A stretch of DNA of 32,000 nucleotides. Source: Geobacter metallireducens GS-15 (GTDB taxonomy: Bacteria > Desulfobacterota > Desulfuromonadia > Geobacterales > Geobacteraceae). This document shows positions 15,945 to 23,315 of the stretch, one piece after another. Numbering within the stretch: position 1 is the first letter of the stretch; the number at the start of each line of letters is the position of its first letter. Location: contig NC_007517.1 of NCBI RefSeq assembly GCF_000012925.1, positions 2,790,001 through 2,822,000 of the forward strand, in the 5' to 3' direction. A program made the position numbers and the translations under genes. The notes beneath the pieces are model-generated. The model saw only the letters and a list, made by a program, of their open reading frames with translations. It was not told where the DNA came from and did not search any database.

Positions 15945-18900
15945 TGTGTCTTGGAGTTCCAGGAGTTGTCGGGCCACACGCCAGTCGGGTGACAGTTCAC
16001 GCGACTCTGCCCTTTCCCCTTCGGGAAGGTGCCGCTCCCCTCGCCGGCGGCGCCGCCGGAAGCCACCCGGCCGCGGTGTTTCACATCGAGGCAGTTGGTC
16101 TGCATGAGCCGCGGGAGGCTCGAAACGTGGGGAACGTGGCACTTGGAGCAGGTGAATGTGTGCATGTCGTTCTTGCCCCACCCTTTCACCGTCTGGTGAA
16201 CGCGGTCAACGCCTTTCCACGGCTTCGTCTTGTCAGTGCCGGCAGTCAGGTTCGACTTGGGATGGCACCGCATGCAGAGACCGGCAAACTTCGTGTCTTC
16301 TTCCGTGATCCTGCGCCAGCCGAAAGTCCCCTGGTCAAGGTTGACATAGGGGGTCGGTGTCGGGTTCTGGTATCCTCTGCTACCCCGGCTGCCGGTGATC
16401 GCTCCGTCCAGGGGGAACTCTTCCTTGTAGGGAGAGGTCATCCAGGTCCCCTTCAGAAGCGGGACGGCATAGGCCTGATCGCTGCCGAGGGACGGGCTGA
16501 CCCCGTGGGGGTCGTGGCAGGGGGTGCAGAGACCGTCGATGGTACCCATGGCATTGTTCGTAAGGGAGGACGATGCCTTGAAGTGCCCCCCTTTGACCGT
16601 GATGCCCTTGAACGACGTCCGCTTCATGTATCCCGCCTGCCCCTGGCCGAACTTGTCGGTATCGCGATACCCCCTCACCGAGGAGATTGCGCCGAAGGTG
16701 GAGAAATAACCCCAGGGGGTGATGCCGCTGTTGCGGGTCAGGTGGCAGTCGAAGCACTGGCCGGCGCCGGTGTTGTAAGGGTTGACCGAATTGCTGTCCG
16801 AATTCGACGACGCCTTGTAGGTCATGGCGTAGCCCCCCTTGCCCGCCTGGGTCTCCTTCAGGTTGCCGCCGTTCTTGGTGCCGTTGAAGGTGACGTAGCT
16901 CGTGGTTGTGCCGTTGGCCTTGGAGCCGTGGGAGCTGTGGCAGTCGTAACACTGGACCGCCTGGCCACCGCCGCGGGTATTGGGTATGTCGCCGTCGTAG
17001 CCGGTCTGGGTGCTCCAGCCACCCCGGTTTGCCGTCGCATTGCCATGGGCGGAAAAGGCCTTGGTCTGGTTCTTCCTGGCGGCATTGGCCGTGCCGGCGT
17101 ACTTGCCCCAGGTCGTGGTGCCGGTCTGCTGGTAGCGGGCGGCGATGCTGGAGCGGTCCCACGCATACTGACGCGGGGTCTTGCAGTCGCCGAAGACATC
17201 GGTGTCGTTGTTCTGGTCGCTGTGGCAGCCGATGCAGTGGTTGGTAACCTTGGCCGCCTCGGCCCGCTCCGAGGCGGTCCCGATGTTGGAGGCCAGGAAC
17301 TGGATGGCCGTGGTGGTGTTGTAGAAGGTGGGGCGGACCCTCGGCTTCCAGACCACCAGGTCCACCTTGGCGTTCTTCACCGACGAGTAAATCTTGTAGT
17401 TGTACCCCTCGTGGTAGTCCACATCGATGAGCCCCTGGGGGGTGGCCTCCCAGTGGCACTGGTAGCAGTCGGTGTTCTTAACCTCGCCGTTGGCCCGCTG
17501 GACGTGGTGGGAGTTGGAGCGCATCTGTCCCATGATGTCCATCCGCTTGCCGATGGTTCCCGAATGACACTTGGTGCAGTCCCGCGGCAGGCCAAAGGCG
17601 GTATGCTTCGGGATCGGCTTGGCGTTCTCGTGGCAGCTGTTGCACGCCTGCTTGTTGGCGTGGCTGTCGGCGAAGCGGTGCTCGTGGCAGGTGGTGCAGA
17701 CCCGGCTCACGTTGTGGCCGTCGCCGCTCACGCTGGTGAAGTGTCTGGCGGAAGGTGAATGGCAGACGTTGCAGATGCCGTTGTAGGGCGCCGTGGTCCG
17801 GGCATAGTCAAGACCGCTCTGCTTCTTGGTGAATACCACGTCGGCACGGGTTTTCGGGATACCGAAACGGCCGTCGGAGGTGGTGGCCACCTTGTCGTGG
17901 ATCATGTAGATATTGGAGTCCCCATGGGGGTCATGGCAGTCCCAGCAGAACTTGCCCCCCTTCCAGCTTCCCTGGTAACTGGAATAGGTACCCCATATGG
18001 GTGACTTGGTAGCTGAAGGGATCTTCGTCCACCCGCCCGAATCCTTGAATGCACGGTAGTGCTTATAGCCGAAATGGCCGGCCGAAGCCCGGGCCCTCTT
18101 CGGCTTGATGAAGCGGGTCCCCGACATCAGCGGATCGAAGCCGAGCGAGTACTTCAGGGGGTCATTCTCAGGAGCCCGGTGGCATTCGGTGCACTGGCCG
18201 CCGCTGTCGTCGTCATGGCACTGGAGGCATACCCCCATCATCAGGTACTGGTTCCTGACGTCATCCTTCTGCTCCGCCGTCCAGGTTCCGGCATTGACGT
18301 CGTGCCCCTTGTGGGTGCCGCTGGCGAAGGTGCCGCTGTCGGAGTCATGGCAGTTGACGGCCGTGCAGCCGGTCACCTGGATGTGACTGGGAAACTGCGT
18401 TACCGTGCTCCAGTTGCTCTGCCTGAAAACGATACCGACGGCCGTGGCCTGGGGGGCCAGGGAATCGGCCTGCCCCACGTGGCAGCCGATGCACTCGTCG
18501 TCGCTGCGGGTCATGTGGCAGTAGACGCACTCCTTCACGAAGCGGCGCTCGTACTGGCGGTGCATTCTGAGCCGGAAGGGATTGGTGGCGTCCTTGTGCA
18601 GAGCGTTGTTGTCGTGGCAATACCAGCAGGGGTTGCCGGGGAAATTTGCCGCCGGGTTCCCCGAAACCGGATAGGCGCCGGCAGAGGAGTAGCGGCCGTG
18701 GCCGGACACCGTCCACTGGGTGAGGCTGATGCGCGCCTGGGTGCCGTTGAATGAGTTGTAGTCGTCCTGGTCCGCACCGGTCGTCCCGTGGCAGCCGAGG
18801 CAGGTGACCGCCCCCGTCACCGCCCCCCCCCAGACCGGGTCGGTTCCGCTGGTATGGCACTTGGTGTTGGAGCAGGTTTTGGCAACCGGGTTGTAGGAGC

Positions 18901-20503
18901 CTCCATCCTTGAAGACCACGTCCTTGGTCTTGTTGACGTGGTAGGTGCCGTTCAGGTGCGAAGACTCCCCCATGCTCCCGATGGGAATGCCGTTGCTGTG
19001 GCAGGAAGCGCAGTCCCCGATAACGGTGGCGGCATGGCAGTTGTCGCAGCTGAAATTCGTTTCCGAGTGGCGGGGATGGGAGTTGGCGCGGGGAGTACCC
19101 GCCCCCTGGTTGGCGAACATCGGCATCGCCTCCATCCACTCCTGGCCAGTCGGGAAGGCGTACGCACCAAGCGCCCCAAAACGTGAGGGGAGAGTCCACA
19201 CCTTCCCGCCTTCTATGCGTCCGTCATGGCAGCCGGTGTCAGAACAGCCGCCCCGCAGGTGGCCATGGCAGTCGTTGCAGCCGGCTTTGGTGGCGGTCCA
19301 GGGGAAGGCGCGGACGGTCTCGGGATCGGTGGTGCCGTCGCTGTGGCAATAGACATTGGAACAGACCTTGGTTGTTGAATCATAGGACGCATCCGTTCGC
19401 CCCACGATGTTCCACTGGGATGCCATCTTCACATCCCTCGTGCCGTTTACATGCTTCGTCGTATCGATGATGTTACCGGCACTGTCAGCCGTGGCACTGT
19501 GGCAATAGGAGCAAGGGTACTTCCGGATCCAGTGGGAGCCCACCAGCTTATTGTGGCCGTTGCTGCTCATGTTGAGATAGGGGGAGCACTTTGTTTTGTC
19601 GCTGTCCCAAGTGCCTCCCACGCTGGTGCAGTTGGCCTCGGTGCTGTCGGAGCTGCGGCCCCGGTGGCACGAATAGCACTGGATGGTGCCCGAATCGGAC
19701 CAGCGCGCTACCGTGAACGGTGCACCGCCGCGACCATCGCTGTGACAGTAGAGATTGGCGCAGGTTCCGTTGCGGGGCGGGTTCTGGCTCGGCAGATAGC
19801 CGGGATAGGTGAGGACTCCGCTGTACGTGCCGCCGCTGTTGGGCGTTTTGGTGAACTTTACGACGAGCGCGCGCTTGGCGACGCTCGTGGCGTGGGCAAA
19901 GGGACGCGCCTCGGCGGTGTGGTCCGTGTGGCACGAGGCGCAACTCCCCGTCCCGGTTCCCAGGTAGTCGCCGTGTTTCTTGCCGGAACCAGAGACCGCC
20001 GGGTGGTTTCCGTCGCTTGGCGCCGCGCCATGGCAGGCGGAACAGCCGGTCGGGGCAGCAAGGGGCGAAGAGCCCCAAATCGGGGTCGCCGCCTCGAAGT
20101 GGCAGTTGATGTTCGTGCAGCTTCCGGGGGTGGGAGTTGCGCTCTGGGGGGATGAGGTGTGATTGCGGAAGGCGGTTGCAAGGGGTGAATTGTTGATGCG
20201 GCTCGAAATCCTGATGCTGCCGTTGCGGTGAGAAGCAGTGTACGAAGCGCTCCCCGGATGGCATTGGGAGCAGCTGCCAGGCACGGCGGAGGCGTCCATG
20301 TGGGTTCGGTGGTTCCCCTGAAAACCGCCCGAGCTTATGTTGCGGTAGGCATTGTCAGCGGGCCGGTAATCCACCGGGCTCGAAGAGCCGTGGCAGCTGT
20401 AACATTCCAGCGCTCCTTCGGCTGGGCCGGCCAGTGACAAGACGCCGACAAACAATAGCATCAACGACGAGCCAACTCTCTGACAAGTGCTCTTGCCTAC
20501 CAC
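15938..20503 (-). CDS. giant multiheme c-type cytochrome (~1,520 aa; 27 CXXCH + 6 CX4CH motifs)
   Basis: The track ORF begins with TTG at 20524. The in-frame GTG at 20503 follows GGGGAGGGG by 5-6 nt and gives the signal peptide M-VGKSTCQRVGSSLMLLFVGVLSLAGPAEGA; ATG 20461 is another option. The first heme motif CYSCH is at 20390-20404 and the last CSKCH at 16136-16150. Stop is TGA at 15938-15940. Confidence 0.9.
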   Translation of the reverse strand: MVGKSTCQRVGSSLMLLFVGVLSLAGPAEGALECYSCHGSSSPVDYRPADNAYRNISSGGFQGNHRTHMDASAVPGSCSQCHPGSASYTASHRNGSIRISSRINNSPLATAFRNHTSSPQSATPTPGSCTNINCHFEAATPIWGSSPLAAPTGCSACHGAAPSDGNHPAVSGSGKKHGDYLGTGTGSCASCHTDHTAEARPFAHATSVAKRALVVKFTKTPNSGGTYSGVLTYPGYLPSQNPPRNGTCANLYCHSDGRGGAPFTVARWSDSGTIQCYSCHRGRSSDSTEANCTSVGGTWDSDKTKCSPYLNMSSNGHNKLVGSHWIRKYPCSYCHSATADSAGNIIDTTKHVNGTRDVKMASQWNIVGRTDASYDSTTKVCSNVYCHSDGTTDPETVRAFPWTATKAGCNDCHGHLRGGCSDTGCHDGRIEGGKVWTLPSRFGALGAYAFPTGQEWMEAMPMFANQGAGTPRANSHPRHSETNFSCDNCHAATVIGDCASCHSNGIPIGSMGESSHLNGTYHVNKTKDVVFKDGGSYNPVAKTCSNTKCHTSGTDPVWGGAVTGAVTCLGCHGTTGADQDDYNSFNGTQARISLTQWTVSGHGRYSSAGAYPVSGNPAANFPGNPCWYCHDNNALHKDATNPFRLRMHRQYERRFVKECVYCHMTRSDDECIGCHVGQADSLAPQATAVGIVFRQSNWSTVTQFPSHIQVTGCTAVNCHDSDSGTFASGTHKGHDVNAGTWTAEQKDDVRNQYLMMGVCLQCHDDDSGGQCTECHRAPENDPLKYSLGFDPLMSGTRFIKPKRARASAGHFGYKHYRAFKDSGGWTKIPSATKSPIWGTYSSYQGSWKGGKFCWDCHDPHGDSNIYMIHDKVATTSDGRFGIPKTRADVVFTKKQSGLDYARTTAPYNGICNVCHSPSARHFTSVSGDGHNVSRVCTTCHEHRFADSHANKQACNSCHENAKPIPKHTAFGLPRDCTKCHSGTIGKRMDIMGQMRSNSHHVQRANGEVKNTDCYQCHWEATPQGLIDVDYHEGYNYKIYSSVKNAKVDLVVWKPRVRPTFYNTTTAIQFLASNIGTASERAEAAKVTNHCIGCHSDQNNDTDVFGDCKTPRQYAWDRSSIAARYQQTGTTTWGKYAGTANAARKNQTKAFSAHGNATANRGGWSTQTGYDGDIPNTRGGGQAVQCYDCHSSHGSKANGTTTSYVTFNGTKNGGNLKETQAGKGGYAMTYKASSNSDSNSVNPYNTGAGQCFDCHLTRNSGITPWGYFSTFGAISSVRGYRDTDKFGQGQAGYMKRTSFKGITVKGGHFKASSSLTNNAMGTIDGLCTPCHDPHGVSPSLGSDQAYAVPLLKGTWMTSPYKEEFPLDGAITGSRGSRGYQNPTPTPYVNLDQGTFGWRRITEEDTKFAGLCMRCHPKSNLTAGTDKTKPWKGVDRVHQTVKGWGKNDMHTFTCSKCHVPHVSSLPRLMQTNCLDVKHRGRVASGGAAGEGSGTFPKGKGQSRVNCHPTGVWPDNSWNSKTQW

Positions 20504-20601
20504 GCCACCCCTCCCCCATTGCAATGCAAAGCACAGATTACGTCAAATGACTGAATATCACGCTCTTGTTTACAAGCGCCTCAGATCATTAGTGAATATC
20601 T

Positions 20602-20629
20602 CTTATATACCTAATAATCCAATCAACAA
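20602..20629 (-). promoter_or_regulatory. sigma-70-like promoter candidate for the cytochrome operon
   Basis: On the - strand: TTGTTG (20629-20624), 16-nt spacer, TATAAG (20607-20602). It sits inside the AT-rich island, about 95 nt upstream of GTG 20503. Confidence 0.3.
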
Positions 20630-20738
20630 GTTATTGACACTATCCCTAGCCAAATAGCCGGCAACGTGGGTGAGCCACACACAAAAATATGCAATATCAC
20701 CAAGTTGTATCTTGTCTGTAAATGTTTGAATGAAAAAA

Positions 20739-20755
20739 ATGCAATAGTCGAGCCC
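20739..20755 (-). promoter_or_regulatory. sigma-54-like -24/-12 candidate for the cytochrome operon
   Basis: The - strand reads GGGCTCGACTATTGCAT (consensus TGGCAC-N5-TTGCA). GG/GC spacing is correct and the -12 element TTGCA is perfect. It would give a leader of about 225 nt. Confidence 0.3.
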
Positions 20756-20816
20756 ATTCTCGAACAATAAAGGTGAAGATCTCCCCGGCGCGCAGAAGGA
20801 GATCAGTAGAAGGAAT

Positions 20817-20844
20817 AAAAAAAGGAGCCGCTCGGCTCCTTTTT
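20817..20844 (-). terminator. rho-independent (bidirectional-looking) terminator ending the rmlB-rmlD-cupin transcript
   Basis: AAAAAAA-GGAGCC-gctc-GGCTCC-TTTTT. On the - strand the stem is followed by seven U residues. Confidence 0.85.
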
Positions 20845-20955
20845 CAATACACCTATTTTCCCTTGGGATACATGTCGCTGGGGGGAGCGACGCCCCGTCC
20901 TTCAACCGGTCGATACTATGCGGCTACCGTCCTGGCGAGGAGACGCCGTTGTCGC

Positions 20956-21336
20956 CTAATCAGTTTCTCCGGAGAAAGTCTCCGTTCCCGGCTCACAGCG
21001 ATTGTAGTCGTCGTCGAAGCGGACAATGTCGTCTTCGCCCAGATACTCGCCGCTCTGTACCTCGATGATGACAAGGGGGATCTTGCCGGGGTTCTCCAGC
21101 CGGTGGTTCCGGCCGATGGGAATGAAGGTGGACTCGTTCACGTTGACCACATACTCCTCATCACCGCAGGTCACCCTGGCAGTGCCGGAAACCACGATCC
21201 AGTGCTCGCTCCGGTGGTGGTGCATCTGGAGCGACAGCCGCTGCCCCGGATTCACTTCGATCCGCTTGATCTTGTAACTGGTGTTTTCCTCAAGGACCGT
21301 GTAGGTCCCCCAGGGGCGTTCTCCTCGTTCCAACAC
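20956..21336 (-). CDS. mannose-6-phosphate isomerase type II C-terminal cupin domain protein
   Basis: 126 aa. ERPWGTYTVLEE..YKIKRIEVNPGQRLSLQMHHHRSEHWIVVSGTA..NESTFIPIGRNHRLENPG..LVIIEVQSGEYLGEDDIVRFDDDY is the PMI-type cupin signature. GTG start is preceded by GGGAGGGAG. Confidence 0.85.
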   Translation of the reverse strand: MLERGERPWGTYTVLEENTSYKIKRIEVNPGQRLSLQMHHHRSEHWIVVSGTARVTCGDEEYVVNVNESTFIPIGRNHRLENPGKIPLVIIEVQSGEYLGEDDIVRFDDDYNRCEPGTETFSGETD

Positions 21337-21351
21337 AGGGTCTCCCTCCCG

Positions 21352-22194
21352 TCAGCTTCTTACTGCCGGCTGACGCCTTTCCAGATAGTTTTTAAGGGCC
21401 TCGCGCCAGTCCTCCAACTCAAGCCCCGCATCATGGGTAAGCTTGTCGCAGTCGAGGACCGAATAGAGAGGACGGGGCGCCGGCCGTCCCAGCTCTTCCG
21501 TGCTCTGGGGGCGCACCGTCATCCCGACGCCAGCTTCGGCGAAGATCGCCCTGGCGAATTCGTACCAGGAGCAGGTGCCCCGGTTGGCGGCGTGGTAGGT
21601 GCCCCGACAGTTGTTCTCGATGAGTTCGGTGATGGCGAGGGAGAGGTCCGCGGTCCAGGTGGGGGAGCCGATCTGGTCATCCACCACGGCGATCTCGGTC
21701 CGCTCCCCGGCAAGCCGCAGCATGGTCTCCACGAAGTTCTTTCCCCCATGGCCATAGAGCCACTGGGTCCGGACGATGAGGTGGTCGGGGTTCTCCCGGG
21801 CCTTTTTCTCCCCCACGAGCTTCGATTTGCCGTAGACGCTCAGGGGATTGACCCGATCATCCTCAACGTAGGGTGTTCCCTTGGTGCCGTCGAAGACGTA
21901 ATCAGTGCTCACCTGAACGAGGAGCGCTCCGATTTCCCGGGTCGCGGCTGCCAGGTGCCCCACACCGTCCCCGTTCACGCGCATGGCGAGGTCGACGTTG
22001 GTTTCGCACCCGTCGACATCGGTGTAGGCGGCGCAGTTCACCACCACCCGGGGCTTGAGGGTCAGGAGCACTCGACGCACCGACTCAGGCGAGGTGATGT
22101 CGATCTCCTCGATGTCCACCCCGCGCACGTCTCCCGGCAGCACCCGCATGAGGTCCTGGCCGAGCATCCCCTTGGCGCCGACGACGAGAATCAT
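21352..22194 (-). CDS. rfbD: dTDP-4-dehydrorhamnose reductase
   Basis: MILVVGAKGMLGQDL Rossmann motif and YGKSKLVGE catalytic YxxxK. ATG 22194 overlaps the rfbB stop (ATGA) and follows GGAGGAG. The track ORF start at 22260 is an extension. Confidence 0.9.
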   Translation of the reverse strand: MILVVGAKGMLGQDLMRVLPGDVRGVDIEEIDITSPESVRRVLLTLKPRVVVNCAAYTDVDGCETNVDLAMRVNGDGVGHLAAATREIGALLVQVSTDYVFDGTKGTPYVEDDRVNPLSVYGKSKLVGEKKARENPDHLIVRTQWLYGHGGKNFVETMLRLAGERTEIAVVDDQIGSPTWTADLSLAITELIENNCRGTYHAANRGTCSWYEFARAIFAEAGVGMTVRPQSTEELGRPAPRPLYSVLDCDKLTHDAGLELEDWREALKNYLERRQPAVRS

Positions 22195-23267
22195 GACTCT
22201 CCTCCATACTGTTTCTCGTAATAGTCCCGATAGGCCCCCGAGGTGACCTCCTCGACCCAAGCGCCATTGGCCAGGTACCAGTCAACGGTCTCGGCAATCC
22301 CCCGCTCGAAGGTGTACGAGGGCTCCCAGCCGAGCTCCCTCTTGATCTTTGCGGCGCTGATGGCATAGCGCCGGTCGTGGCCCAGGCGGTCCTTCACGAA
22401 GGTGATGAGCCCCCGGCTCTCCCCCTTTGGCCTGCCGAGCCGCTCATCGAGGAGATCGCAGAGGAGTTGGACGATGTCGATGTTGAACCACTCGTTGTTT
22501 CCGCCGACATTAAAGACCTCCCCCGGCTTTCCCCCCTTGAGGACCGTCTCGATGGCCGAGGAATGGTCCTTCACGTGGAGCCAGTCGCGGACGTTCCTGC
22601 CGTCGCCATACACCGGAAGGGGCTTGTTCGCCACGATGTTGTGGATCATGAGGGGGATGAGTTTCTCGGGAAACTGGTAGGGGCCGTAGTTGTTGGAGCA
22701 GCGGGTGATGAGGGCCGGGAACCCGTAGGTTTCATAGTAGGCCCGCACGATGAGATCGGAACCCGCCTTGCTGGCCGAATAGGGGGAGTTGGGTGCGAGC
22801 GGGGTCTCCTCGGTGAAGTAGCCGGTTTCACCAAGGGTGCCGTAGACCTCGTCGGTGGATACGTGGAGAAACCGGAACCGCTCCACACCCTTCGCCTCCC
22901 AATGCCGGCGGCTTTCTTCCAGCAGCACCTGGGTGCCGAGGACGTTGGTGCGGACGAAAATTTCCGGGCCAGTGATGGAGCGGTCCACGTGGGACTCGGC
23001 GGCGAAGTGGACCACCGCCTCGATCCGCTCCTCGGCCAGGAGTTCACGGACCAGTTCCCCATTGCAGATGTCCCCCCGGACAAAGCGGTAGTCGGGGTTT
23101 TTCTCAACCCCCACGAGATTCTTCAGGTTCCCCGCATAGGTGAGGATATCCAGGTTGACCACTCGGCAGCCGGGGTTAGCGGCCATGAAGTGGGTGATGA
23201 AGTTGGAGCCGATAAATCCGGCGCCGCCGGTGACGAGAATGGCGCGTGGAACAAACATTTCAGGCAT
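22191..23267 (-). CDS. rfbB: dTDP-glucose 4,6-dehydratase
   Basis: ILVTGGAGFIGSNF, HVSTDEVYG and YSASKAGSD motifs. ATG 23267 lies 5 nt after GGAGAGG. The track start at 23285 is a possible alternative. Confidence 0.92.
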   Translation of the reverse strand: MPEMFVPRAILVTGGAGFIGSNFITHFMAANPGCRVVNLDILTYAGNLKNLVGVEKNPDYRFVRGDICNGELVRELLAEERIEAVVHFAAESHVDRSITGPEIFVRTNVLGTQVLLEESRRHWEAKGVERFRFLHVSTDEVYGTLGETGYFTEETPLAPNSPYSASKAGSDLIVRAYYETYGFPALITRCSNNYGPYQFPEKLIPLMIHNIVANKPLPVYGDGRNVRDWLHVKDHSSAIETVLKGGKPGEVFNVGGNNEWFNIDIVQLLCDLLDERLGRPKGESRGLITFVKDRLGHDRRYAISAAKIKRELGWEPSYTFERGIAETVDWYLANGAWVEEVTSGAYRDYYEKQYGGES

Positions 23268-23315
23268 GGAGACCTCTCCTGTCATACGATGTGCTCGGTT
23301 GAAAACCCGTCGGGA

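Noticed and set aside
15989-16093. Orphan C-H dipeptide near the cytochrome C-terminus (..QSRVNCH..) with the nearest upstream Cys 32 residues away (C-X32-CH)
   Set aside because: Extended heme-binding motifs such as CX15CH are known, but they need dedicated lyases, and nothing in the sequence supports one here. I did not count it as a heme site.
15945-16181. N-terminal extension of the giant ORF in the track (MGQERHAHIH...), and similar extensions at 5381-5581, 22195-22260, 27659-27667 and 28553-28579
   Set aside because: The extensions overlap the upstream gene, lack signal-peptide character and lack SD sequences. The internal starts are preceded by SD motifs and give canonical N-termini.
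15944-20155. Long + strand ORFs antisense to the cytochrome gene (15944-17758, 18059-18754, 19451-20155), plus same-strand out-of-frame ORFs (16380-17459, 18345-19199, 19548-20264)
   Set aside because: The in-frame regular CXXCH pattern identifies the true frame. The alternatives are Arg/Gly/Pro-rich shadow ORFs.
20504-20735. Possible GEMM-I (c-di-GMP / cGAMP) riboswitch in the cytochrome leader, as is known upstream of several Geobacter cytochrome genes
   Set aside because: I read the - strand leader and found no GEMM-I hallmarks: no GCAAACC-like or ACGCAAAGC-like conserved segments, and no paired P1/P2 stems with a GNRA loop. A covariance-model scan would be needed to exclude it fully.
20603-20905. 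100-aa ORF on the - strand in the intergenic island
   Set aside because: It runs straight through the rho-independent terminator hairpin at 20817-20844 and the AT-rich promoter region. It has no SD and an odd composition, so it is most likely non-coding.
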